A stretch of 64,000 nucleotides of DNA from a virus. A program made the translations under genes and the position numbers. The notes below the pieces were generated by a model. The model was not told where the DNA came from, did no database searches, and worked only from the letters and a program-made list of their open reading frames with translations. The DNA lies in IMG/VR virus record IMGVR_UViG_3300012677_000092. The stretch is one strand, 5' to 3'. Positions 37,721-47,400 of the stretch are shown one piece after another (the first letter of the stretch is position 1; each line of letters starts with the position of its first letter).

Positions 37721-38708
37721 CCTCCTTGAAATTTATCAACTTCGGTATTTCTATTTTCATTTCATTGCAAAAACCAATAAAACATTCACGGCACATATGG
37801 CATAGCTGCTTCGGCATTTCTCCGCGCTTGGACCTAACCGCCATTGTTATCATTTCACTTTTCTTCATGTGCTTGCCACATCTGCAGCAATCGCCTTCAA
37901 GCTTATCTCTTAGTTTAGGGCTTAAAACTTGCCTTTTCAGCTGCTCTGGAAACTCCCTTCGCATATTTTGCTCTCCAACTATGCTAATCAGGCTGTCTTT
38001 CATAAACACTGGCACGCCGCAGCTATCAGCTTCAAGGACAATCTTACGAATCCATTCCCATTCTGGTACGGTTTTATCCTTCCTGCGTCCTGTTTCCGCA
38101 CCAATAATAATCCATTCCGGCATATGAGCCATATTTTGAATTTCTATCCGTTCCATCAGAGGTTCAATTGAAACAAACCAATGGAATTTTTTATCTTCAA
38201 ACCAAGCAAACGGATCTTCTTGTTTGGTAACAGATGTTCCAAACCAAAAATTATCCCTCCAAGGCAACTTCTTTTGTTCCTCAAGTTTGATATAACGATC
38301 AGGATATTTCGTGAGAAACAAGTAGTTATGCTGTTCATATTTTTCACAGACCTTAAATACTTCATTGATCCATTCATCCGGAACCCAGTCACCAAATATG
38401 TCAGCCATGGCGCCTACAAATATGTTGAATCCATTCTTTTTATTTTCCAGAGTGTTCAATCTGTATTTATGAAAGGTAGGGGCAAATCCAAAGGGATAAG
38501 GTAGCACTCCACCGGTTTGAGCCACAAATTTTTCTTCAAGAACGAACAAATCGCCTTCCTTTTTGTACTTGTTTGAACTCAGGTTCATCCGTATATCACC
38601 TGAAAATCTTACTGTCATTTTCCTTGCATAACAGTATTCACAGTCATGCCGACATCCGGTAATCGGGTTAAACACATAATCACACCATTCAATCTTGCTT
38701 CGGTTCAT
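37713..38708 (-). CDS. DUF5131 (phage Gp37/Gp68) radical-SAM-like protein with C-terminal zinc-finger extension
   Basis: SKIEWCD..NPITGC...CEYCYA, FVGAMADIF, WIIIGAETG; start reassigned to 38708. Confidence 0.8.
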   Translation of the reverse strand: MNRSKIEWCDYVFNPITGCRHDCEYCYARKMTVRFSGDIRMNLSSNKYKKEGDLFVLEEKFVAQTGGVLPYPFGFAPTFHKYRLNTLENKKNGFNIFVGAMADIFGDWVPDEWINEVFKVCEKYEQHNYLFLTKYPDRYIKLEEQKKLPWRDNFWFGTSVTKQEDPFAWFEDKKFHWFVSIEPLMERIEIQNMAHMPEWIIIGAETGRRKDKTVPEWEWIRKIVLEADSCGVPVFMKDSLISIVGEQNMRREFPEQLKRQVLSPKLRDKLEGDCCRCGKHMKKSEMITMAVRSKRGEMPKQLCHMCRECFIGFCNEMKIEIPKLINFKEDE

Positions 38709-38844
38709 ATGAAGTCGCCTCCTCCATCCTTGGTAATTTATCAAGTACATTGCAGGCCTGCTCTATTGCCTCTACATCATAAAAACTAAGTTCTGCACTA
38801 TCTTTAATATCAATTAATCTTTCAACAACTTCTCCGATAATCAT
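38689..38844 (-). CDS. Small hypothetical protein
   Basis: RBS, overlapping stop/start packing. Confidence 0.45.
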   Translation of the reverse strand: MIIGEVVERLIDIKDSAELSFYDVEAIEQACNVLDKLPRMEEATSYEPKQD

Positions 38845-39089
38845 TCGATTTCCACCCCTCTTTTTTTTAACTCTGAAATCCAAAATTCTTTTATCTCTTC
38901 CGGACAATGTTCCATGGCATCTTTCCATGTTGGCCATCTTCCATGTTTATCGTAAAATTTATACTGATAAGCCAGTGATTGTTGATTATGAGGTTGTACC
39001 TTTTCATGTTTTGTAGCACAAATCGGACATATACCCTCTGGTGTATTTCCAATCAACGTCATTCCATGTCTTTCATCCAAATATCCCAT
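38841..39089 (-). CDS. Small hypothetical protein
   Basis: CPICATKH...PH...SLAYQYKFY..HGRWPTW.DAM.HC. Confidence 0.55.
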   Translation of the reverse strand: MGYLDERHGMTLIGNTPEGICPICATKHEKVQPHNQQSLAYQYKFYDKHGRWPTWKDAMEHCPEEIKEFWISELKKRGVEIE

Positions 39090-39280
39090 TAGCTTTCCTC
39101 CCAATACTCTACAAAATATTCCTGCTGCGCATTTTTCTTATCTTCTTGCCCTGGTACCGCCTGACGACCAATTCTAACCGAATATCCGGATTTAATTAGC
39201 AGCGTGGCTATAGCAAGTCTATCCTCTTCGTTCCACTGCACGGATCCTTTTCTTATACTCCGAATTTTTTGCTTAGGCAT
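39089..39280 (-). CDS. Small hypothetical protein
   Basis: LLIKSGYSVRIGR; TAATG overlap. Confidence 0.5.
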   Translation of the reverse strand: MPKQKIRSIRKGSVQWNEEDRLAIATLLIKSGYSVRIGRQAVPGQEDKKNAQQEYFVEYWEES

Positions 39281-39282
39281 AC

Positions 39283-41400
39283 CTATCCCACCATCCTTAC
39301 CTTATTACTGGCTTTCTTTTTATCTAACTCCTGCATTTTTCTTTCAAAAGCACCGACGAATGCCTTTACAACGCCATTCATACCGCAGTTTCTTTTTCCT
39401 CTACATTGAGCCACTTTACCATTACGGTACTCCATTGTGTAATACGGCTGCCCAGGATCTTCTTTTTTTCGTATAAACAAGATCATTGTCTCTCTTTTTG
39501 CCACTTTATCAACGTAGGTACCCACACAGTGATTGAGCGTCTGTCCCTCCAGTTTTATATCTTCAGCACTTTCAGGCATCACGATCATAAGCCCCTTATA
39601 CTCCATTTGTAGCGGATTTACTTTACCGATCTCTCTAAGTGCTTCTTCCACACATTTCTTATATTCAGCCAGTGCGATAGCTGCTTGCCTATCTCGTTCC
39701 TCTTTTTCCTTTCTAGCGATTTCATCTTGCTTTGCCTGATATTCAGCACTCACACGATCATGTACCGGATAGAAATTACCAGGGAAAAGATCGAAAGGAT
39801 TTTTCAAATCATATCCAAGTTTCTTACACCATTTCGTATACTCCAACCAGTCAGAACTAACCCGCTCCTTCTTATCACTTTCAGTATCACTTTTCCGTTT
39901 TTGGGGAATATGATACATTGCATTGCAGCATCCTTCCTGCTCTAGATCAGGAAGAGACAGGCTCTGTTTATCAAAGTATTTCAACATTTTATGTAATGTT
40001 GTGTATTTCGTCATTCTGATCAAATCCGTTTTACACCCATGAACTGTATATAAGTACATAAGTTCTTTAGGTTCGGGCATATAATCAATCTCATGACTTG
40101 CCTGTAACAATCTCAACAAATCACTATCTCCATCTAATTCCTGTAAAATTTTTATGTAAGGCTTCGTAATTTTCAAAATTTCACACATAGATTTTCCGTC
40201 AGTATTCAGCCGATGCGTTCCTGATTTCAATCCTCTTGCTAGATTAAATAATCCCATTTTTATGAAATATTCCATATATGGTCTGTATTTAAAGTCTCTC
40301 AAATAGTGCCAATGTGGTAGCTCTTCACCAACATATTGATTTTGTAATATTTCCAAAGAACAATATTGATATGATGTACCGCTCCATGCTTCAGGTAAGT
40401 TATTCGTATATAATACGGAATTTGCACAGTTCCACTTATCCATATCATTGCACCATCTGGTTTTCCCTGACTGTTTGAAGTCACCCCACTCATACGTTTT
40501 TGTTTTTCCTTCTTCATAAAATATCCTGACTCGTTCGCCTAAATATAAGCTGCTGACCTTAAATTCTTTTGGGGAATAAGTTTTACATGCTTTGAAATAT
40601 CTCATGACAAACCCTTGCTCCGTCTTTTGCACTATTGAAAGCCATGCATCATCATTTATATAGGCTGGTAATAATCCATAGGCTTTATATTTCCCATGAG
40701 TACCACATACCGGACATTCTCCTTTTTCGTTATTGCGGGGCTTTGATATCTCCTTATCTATATGAAATTTTGTTTTGCAATGGGTGCAGAAACAATCAAG
40801 TTTCTTTTTCCGGGTACCCGATTCATAAATGAGATACCGGCTGAAATATAATCCAGTTTCATCGGCCCAATTTTCAAAGTCCCCTGGAAGTTCTCCAACT
40901 GTTTTCATTTTAGTGTCAATTGAATCTTTTTCTTTCTTATGGCGTAGCTCCAGCCTTTCAGCCATAACCTCATCCTGAAATCTTTCAAATGCCCTCCAGA
41001 TGCTTGAATCTCCCTTATTGATATACTTATTGATAAACATTTTCGCATTATGAAAATCCTTATCGGTGGCAAATGCCGTATTGAATCCCTTCTTTCCGGT
41101 ATCCCACCAATACCATCCAATGATATTTTTTAAACTTCCCGTTTTCCATTTAACTCTTGATTCTTTTAAGTCCTGAGTGATATAATCATTACAGGAAATA
41201 AATGTCCTGAATGCTGCTTCTGATTTCTTCTTTATGAGTTGCGACCTCTCGAAGAAATTCAGGAGCAGTATTATTTCGCCGGATAATTCAAAGCTGTTCG
41301 TTGTAACAAAATAGTTTTCTCTCTCTATCCTCTCGGCCAGAAAAAACATTTCTTTAGAAGCCTCCGATCTTTTTACCTTTGCAAGTTCTCTTTTATTCAT
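39283..41400 (-). CDS. PcfJ-domain protein
   Basis: C-terminal EGQTLNHCVGTY...ILFIRK...PYYTME. Confidence 0.85.
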   Translation of the reverse strand: MNKRELAKVKRSEASKEMFFLAERIERENYFVTTNSFELSGEIILLLNFFERSQLIKKKSEAAFRTFISCNDYITQDLKESRVKWKTGSLKNIIGWYWWDTGKKGFNTAFATDKDFHNAKMFINKYINKGDSSIWRAFERFQDEVMAERLELRHKKEKDSIDTKMKTVGELPGDFENWADETGLYFSRYLIYESGTRKKKLDCFCTHCKTKFHIDKEISKPRNNEKGECPVCGTHGKYKAYGLLPAYINDDAWLSIVQKTEQGFVMRYFKACKTYSPKEFKVSSLYLGERVRIFYEEGKTKTYEWGDFKQSGKTRWCNDMDKWNCANSVLYTNNLPEAWSGTSYQYCSLEILQNQYVGEELPHWHYLRDFKYRPYMEYFIKMGLFNLARGLKSGTHRLNTDGKSMCEILKITKPYIKILQELDGDSDLLRLLQASHEIDYMPEPKELMYLYTVHGCKTDLIRMTKYTTLHKMLKYFDKQSLSLPDLEQEGCCNAMYHIPQKRKSDTESDKKERVSSDWLEYTKWCKKLGYDLKNPFDLFPGNFYPVHDRVSAEYQAKQDEIARKEKEERDRQAAIALAEYKKCVEEALREIGKVNPLQMEYKGLMIVMPESAEDIKLEGQTLNHCVGTYVDKVAKRETMILFIRKKEDPGQPYYTMEYRNGKVAQCRGKRNCGMNGVVKAFVGAFERKMQELDKKKASNKVRMVG

Positions 41401-41412
41401 TCCTTTTGCCCC

Positions 41413-42234
41413 CTAAAAATTAAATAATGATATCTGACCTTCCATTTCATTTTTCTTCTTATGTTCGGAGATGATTTTATTCGATTCTGATTTATCGGTT
41501 GCAGATTGTATCACTTTTCCCGGGTCTTTGGTATCTGTTTTTTTTGTACTTTTTTTAACAGCCTCCTTTTGTTTCTTTTTAACCTCGGCTTGTTTTTTCT
41601 TTCTCTCTGCTTCCTGCTTGGCTTTCAACTCTTCAGTAGCTTTATCATCCAACTTGAAGTAATCTTCCGCCAGCTTTACACAATCATCCCTGCCAATAGC
41701 CACACATTGCATTCCACTTCTCTCTTTTACCTTTTTCTTTACCTGTTCATAAATGTAATTCATGCATTTTTCCATTGTTTTATGTTCCTGTAAGATAAGA
41801 TCTTGTAATTCCCCTATATATGAAATATGGTCTGCTATATACTCACCAACGTCTTTTAAATTCTCTAAATTCTTAGCTTGTCCTTGAAGTTTCTCGCTGG
41901 CTGAAGTAAACTGTTCGCCACCTGATTTTTTCTCTTTCGCTTCAGGGTTTGTCTGCTCTTTTTTTTCTTCGATTTTTGCATCTTCTTTCAATGCTTTTCT
42001 AACCGATTTCCAAGTATCCGACTGCAATGCTTTAGCATTATGGTCTTCTACCTTCCCTGGCTCCATAAGTAAAGACCTGCTGCCATTTATGTATTCTTCT
42101 ACATCTTTCTCTGGAACATTATTTTCCTGACCAAGCAGCCTGATTTCCTCAATTTCATCTGTTTCTTTGAGGTTTTTGGCAAGCTCGTTTAGATCTTCTA
42201 TAGACTTTATATCTCCAAAAATCTTTTCACTCAT
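41413..42234 (-). CDS. PcfK-like (AcrIIA9-related) domain protein
   Basis: KTMEKCMNYI...VAIGRDDCVKLAEDYF, ends EGQISLF; directly upstream of PcfJ. Confidence 0.65.
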   Translation of the reverse strand: MSEKIFGDIKSIEDLNELAKNLKETDEIEEIRLLGQENNVPEKDVEEYINGSRSLLMEPGKVEDHNAKALQSDTWKSVRKALKEDAKIEEKKEQTNPEAKEKKSGGEQFTSASEKLQGQAKNLENLKDVGEYIADHISYIGELQDLILQEHKTMEKCMNYIYEQVKKKVKERSGMQCVAIGRDDCVKLAEDYFKLDDKATEELKAKQEAERKKKQAEVKKKQKEAVKKSTKKTDTKDPGKVIQSATDKSESNKIISEHKKKNEMEGQISLFNF

Positions 42235-42718
42235 CTATCTGCGCTCCTTTCTTTTCAAAAACTTCCGGCCAACAGTAGGCACAAATTAGTTCATATTCCA
42301 AATTAAAATTCAATGGAATTTTAAAGTGCTTTGTCGGATTTGACTTTAATGCATACTCTCCTAAAACTCCCTCATCTTCATAAAGTAACCCGATTAAACG
42401 TCCAAGAGTTCCTTTTTTAACTTGTACCTTATTCGACATATCTGCATATTCAAATTCATAATCAGAAATTTCAAGCTGATATTGTATAAAGTAATCATTG
42501 CAATGCACAAACTTAGATAAATGTCTTGCCCCTGAATATGCGTCAATATCTCTCCACCATTCCGGCAAACCAGACCATCCTGCTTCCATTCCCGGACTAA
42601 TACGATACAATGTCATAAGCTCATCTCTCGGTTTTCTGCAACGCATTCCATTTTTCCAAGCATAGAACTCATAAAATATGAATTGTTCTCCAAGTTTGCA
42701 AGGGAGATACCATTTCAC
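42227..42718 (-). CDS. Hypothetical protein
   Basis: ORF packed in operon. Confidence 0.5.
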   Translation of the reverse strand: MKWYLPCKLGEQFIFYEFYAWKNGMRCRKPRDELMTLYRISPGMEAGWSGLPEWWRDIDAYSGARHLSKFVHCNDYFIQYQLEISDYEFEYADMSNKVQVKKGTLGRLIGLLYEDEGVLGEYALKSNPTKHFKIPLNFNLEYELICAYCWPEVFEKKGAQIDE

Positions 42719-43524
42719 ACTTCCACCTCCTTATCAAAATTAAAGAAAAAATAAAATTTATTTTCCTGATTTACCTGCTTCTTAAATTTTGATTTTTCCT
42801 TTGACATACTATCCATAACGGCAAATGCCCGTCTCCAATGCCAAACCTTGCTATTATATAGGGGTGTATACCAAAATTCCTGTCCTTCCTGCTCTGCCGG
42901 CATAAGTGGGGAGCCAACGACCGGATTTGTAAGGCTGTTGCCAATTACTATATATCCCGGACACCCCATTAATGATAATTGGATATATGCCATCATCCCT
43001 ACAACTCTATCAATGTCTTGACCGACGAAAAGCACATGGTTTTGATAATTTATCTGCTGCCTTTGTAAAGTATTTGCAGCTGCTATCAACATTGCTCCGC
43101 CGCCAACGCATGGATCACACACTGAAATCCATCCTTTTTCCTCTATTTCCTTTTCACAACTTCCGATAGTCGTTTCCGCCATCATCCGGGAAACAGTATA
43201 TGGTGTGAAAAACTGCCCTTTCCAATGGTTTCCCAGATTCAGCTCCATATATAACGAACCGAGAAAATCCTGATCTGGATCCCGCTCTAATGCATTCACT
43301 ATGATTCCAAATAAGTGTGCCGGTTTCTCAACCCCTCCAAGTCGTTTTATGCACTTGGCATATTCCTTTTCCCTTGATTCAAACCGTGGTTCTGTCCTGT
43401 CGGTCACATTGCTGAGGGAGCAGGCCATTGCAGTTATCAAGTCTGCCCAAACCTCCCATGAGGATCTTGTATAGCAAAGCTTTTTAAAGAGGTCCAGAAA
43501 TTCTTTTTTACTTGCACTATTCAT
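42715..43524 (-). CDS. N6-adenine DNA methyltransferase-like protein (HsdM-type N-terminal half)
   Basis: GQFFTP, DPCVGGGAML, GQDID; no NPPY/F seen. Confidence 0.75.
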   Translation of the reverse strand: MNSASKKEFLDLFKKLCYTRSSWEVWADLITAMACSLSNVTDRTEPRFESREKEYAKCIKRLGGVEKPAHLFGIIVNALERDPDQDFLGSLYMELNLGNHWKGQFFTPYTVSRMMAETTIGSCEKEIEEKGWISVCDPCVGGGAMLIAAANTLQRQQINYQNHVLFVGQDIDRVVGMMAYIQLSLMGCPGYIVIGNSLTNPVVGSPLMPAEQEGQEFWYTPLYNSKVWHWRRAFAVMDSMSKEKSKFKKQVNQENKFYFFFNFDKEVEV

Positions 43525-43533
43525 GTCTACCTC

Positions 43534-44391
43534 CTATTTGCTGTTTAAAAGTTCCTTTTCAAGAGACTCCATATCATAGTCTCTCTGCGGAAAATTATTA
43601 AAAGCATTCTTAGGTTTGGCTGCTGCTTGTTGCTTTCCGTTTCCCCTATTCTGCGATTTTTGTAACCAGCCGTTTATAAATCTACGCATTCCTCTCTCTG
43701 TCTTTCTTTTTGCAACATTAGTGTCAAGCCAAGCTTTCATTGACCTTAATTCCTGCATTAAATCCAAGTGCGGATATGTCTCCTTGAAGTAATCAAACAA
43801 TTCCTTAGTAACCTCATACTCTCCGCCGCCATTCAGGGTAAGGGTTATCACACATTCTTCTGTTTTAGGTGATTTTTGCATAGACTGCTCCTGTTCGGAG
43901 TCAGCTGGCTCCGTGCAAGAATACGAAGTATTCTCTTTTTCTTTTATATTCTTATTCTTATTAGGCGGGAGGCTTCCCCGAACCTTCCCCGAACCCTCGC
44001 CGACATTTCGCCGAACGTTCGACGAATCTTCACCGAGTAGTCTGGAATGTTCCTCCGAATAATCGGGAATCCTGCTTATTGAGGGTCTGTCGACCCTCTG
44101 CCATATTGACCAATGATAAAATTGATAATATGTATTGCCGTCACATGCGAGGTAGATATAAACGGACATATTAGCGGCTATCTCCTGTAGCGACTTTTCT
44201 ATGTCGGTCGTTCTCACGTCATCATCATACGGGAATATCTTTGATTTCAATAACGATGCATTGGCCTTTCCTTTTCCATAATCATCTGCAAGGCTAAACA
44301 TTCCTATAAAGAGCAGCCTTGAAAATACATTTAATTCTTTAAAATCCTCTGACTCCCATATCTCAGGGCTAATCATCCTCTTACGAGCCAA
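43534..44391 (-). CDS. Phage replication initiator
   Basis: ARKRMISPEIWES, LADDYGKG, C-terminal AWL..N..KRK...RRFINGWL; TTG start at 44391 with GGAGG RBS. Confidence 0.75.
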   Translation of the reverse strand: MARKRMISPEIWESEDFKELNVFSRLLFIGMFSLADDYGKGKANASLLKSKIFPYDDDVRTTDIEKSLQEIAANMSVYIYLACDGNTYYQFYHWSIWQRVDRPSISRIPDYSEEHSRLLGEDSSNVRRNVGEGSGKVRGSLPPNKNKNIKEKENTSYSCTEPADSEQEQSMQKSPKTEECVITLTLNGGGEYEVTKELFDYFKETYPHLDLMQELRSMKAWLDTNVAKRKTERGMRRFINGWLQKSQNRGNGKQQAAAKPKNAFNNFPQRDYDMESLEKELLNSK

Positions 44392-44467
44392 GTCATTATG
44401 CCTCCTTTCCCGGTGTGGGCAAAGACCTTCCCACACCGTAATTTATTTCGTGATATATTGAAAGGTT

Positions 44468-47400
44468 TTATCCCATAAGGACCTTACTTCCTTGCTCTGT
44501 CTTTACTACATCTAAGCTCTGTGGGAATCTTGATTTCATTGTTGGATCGTGTGTGATAGCCATAATCCTGATATTTGGGTACCGCTCCCGGATAGTTTCT
44601 AAGGCGTCGCAATATGCTTGGATTCCGTCCGCATCCAAGAACGGAGGTTCATCAATAAAGAGCATTCCAAACTGAATGCCGGCAGTTGATGCTTTCATTT
44701 CTGCCAGGGCAAGAATGACTGAAAGGGACGCTTTTACCTTTTCACCACCACTCTTTGACAGATACGGCAGTGAGGATTTCCCATATTCTTCAATAAAGAT
44801 ATCCAGGGTAACCACTTCTTTTTTACCGTTTTTAAGCACCTTTTCTGTGGCGAAATCAACCCCAAGCTGCCCTCCGGTCATTTGACCAAGTATGTTATTG
44901 GCCGTGGCTGATAATTTCGGAATGACCGTCCTGATAATCTGGTGTGGGATCCCGTCCTGCGAGAAAGAAAGCTTCAAGGTATCGTAATCTGCGGCATTCT
45001 CTGACCTATCTGTAATCTCCGCCTGAAGAGCATCAATAGCTTTCTTCATCCGGCGTACTTCCTCAATCTTCTGTTTCAAGCTACCTATGGCGATCTGGTT
45101 CTCTTTGGATTTTTTAGTTAGCTGGTCAATATCAGCTTGGATGAAACGAACCTGTTCTTCTAATGATTCAACTCCTTCAGCAGATTCCATTTCAGCCTGT
45201 GCCCGTTCCTGATTTTCCCGAATATCATTCTCCAGATTGACTATTTCTTCTGACAATTCAAGCAATCGTTTTTCTGAATTGCCCTTTCGTTCTTTTGCAA
45301 CAGGTAACTGTTTTTCTTTTTCCACCCAAAACTTAAGGTCTTCAATCTCCTGCACCACATGCTCATGTTCAATATGGCAATACTGATATTTAAGTCTTTC
45401 ATCTTCTGTTTCCTGCGCCCGTATTTTGAGCATACCGAGCATTTCTTCGGCTTTGGATAGGTTTAACTGCATATTGGTAATAGAGGCTTTAATTAAAATG
45501 ATGTTGCTTTCGTGCTCCTGTAAAGCCTTGAGCTTCCCTTCAAATGGTTTCAGGTTATTGCATTCCTGCCTTAATTTCTCCATGTCCTCTTTTGAGTATC
45601 CAAGTTTATCCCTTTCGGTCTCCGCCTCTTTCAGCTCTTTTTCTAAAGCCATCAGTTCTGTATTGCGCTTCTTTTCAAGAGTAGCGAATTTTGCCGAATA
45701 ATTCTTCAAAAGGTTCTTAGATTCTACTGCATCAGCCAAGAATCGGCATTTTGCATTATCTAGGTCAATACAACCTGAATCTGCCAGCAAGGAGGCTTTA
45801 CGTTCCAAAGCCGCCTGCTCCCCATTCAGCATCCGCTCCTTTTCATTTAAAATAGCTTTTTTATTGGACAGAGCATACGCTTTTCTATCCACCAATTCCG
45901 AAAGTCGGGAAAATTCCTGTGCCAAGGCATACATCTTGTCCAACTGCTCTTTTTTCTGCTTGTATTCATCCGCTTTCTTGGTTATTTCATCACGGTCAGC
46001 CTGGCTCCCTGAATTATCTAATTGCTTATTCAGGCTATCCAGTTCCAAACGATATCCTTTAATTTCCCCGGTTGCCGCGATAATCTCCACCTGAATAGCA
46101 TTCGTTTCTGCAACTTTTGTGTTATATAAAGTGGAACCTTCAATTAGTTGTTTTTCTTTCTCCAGCAGTTCCCGGTATCTTCCGACTTGGACGGTAATCT
46201 CTGGTTCTTCTGCCAGCATACCGTCGCAATCAGCCATAATATTATTCTGTAGGCCTCTGTTTTCTTCTGCAGTCCACTTTTTCCTTTCGAGGATAGTAAT
46301 ACTATCTGTGAGTTTTACATATCGCTCTTTGGCTGCCTTTTTGGAATTAAGAAGGATAGTGGAAGTTTCTTTTTCCAAATTCTTTGTGTTGAGCTGTTGA
46401 TCCAGCTCTTGTTGCCTGGCTTCGGCCTCTTCCAGTTCCTCTTTCGGTTTGCCGGCAGAAAGAATATTGTCTGCCTGCACCTTTATACTCTGCTTTTTCC
46501 TGTCTATAATCCTCTTGAACTCCGCCGACTTATCCTTTGCAATCCATCCCATTTCCTCATATATCCCAAGACCGAGAAGGTTTCCAAGTACCACCATTCG
46601 GTCTTCTTTTTTAGCCTGCAAGAATAACCCGTACTGATCCTGCATGATAAGTGCACAGGATTTAAACGTTATGCTGTCTACACCGATAAGCTTTTCAATC
46701 TCTGCTTGGGTATCATTTGCTCTTTCCTTACTCCTGTCCTGCCATTCTCCATCTACAAACTCCGCAAGGCTTAATGTTATTGGACCTGATTTAGCCCTGG
46801 TCCTTGTAATGCGGTAGATGTTATCACCTATTGTAAAGGTAAAAGCTATATAACCAGATCGGACGCCTTCAGCATTTCTCAGCCAAGGTACTTTTACGGA
46901 TGTGCTTTTGCCTTCCCTTGGCTCCTCAAAGATGCAGTCGATTATGGCATCCATAAACAATGAGGACTTACCAGCACCGTTCGACCCATTGATAGTACAA
47001 AAATGAATATCCTCAAAGCTGAATCGTTCTTCCGCATAAGCCCGGTAGTTCTTGACCTCAATTTCTATCGGGATGAACATCCCTGAAAAGGCTGCTGTAG
47101 TATCGCTTGCCATAGCCTCTGCTATAATCGGCCTTGCTTTTTCAATAAGACGACCAATTACTTCCGGTTCAAGCTGCTTTTCTTCCAAATACATCCGCAA
47201 GTTTTCCTCTGGATCCGTCTGCTGGGATAAGTCGGTTCTATCTGCTGATGGGTCTACCCTTTCCGGAGTAATACCGGATACATAGAAAGCGCCATCCTCA
47301 TACAAAGTCTTTTCAATCGGAGCAGTATTCAAAGCTTTGTGTTTCTCTGCAGAGCACTCATATAGGATTCTTACAATCTTCCCTGCTACTGCTCCGTTCC

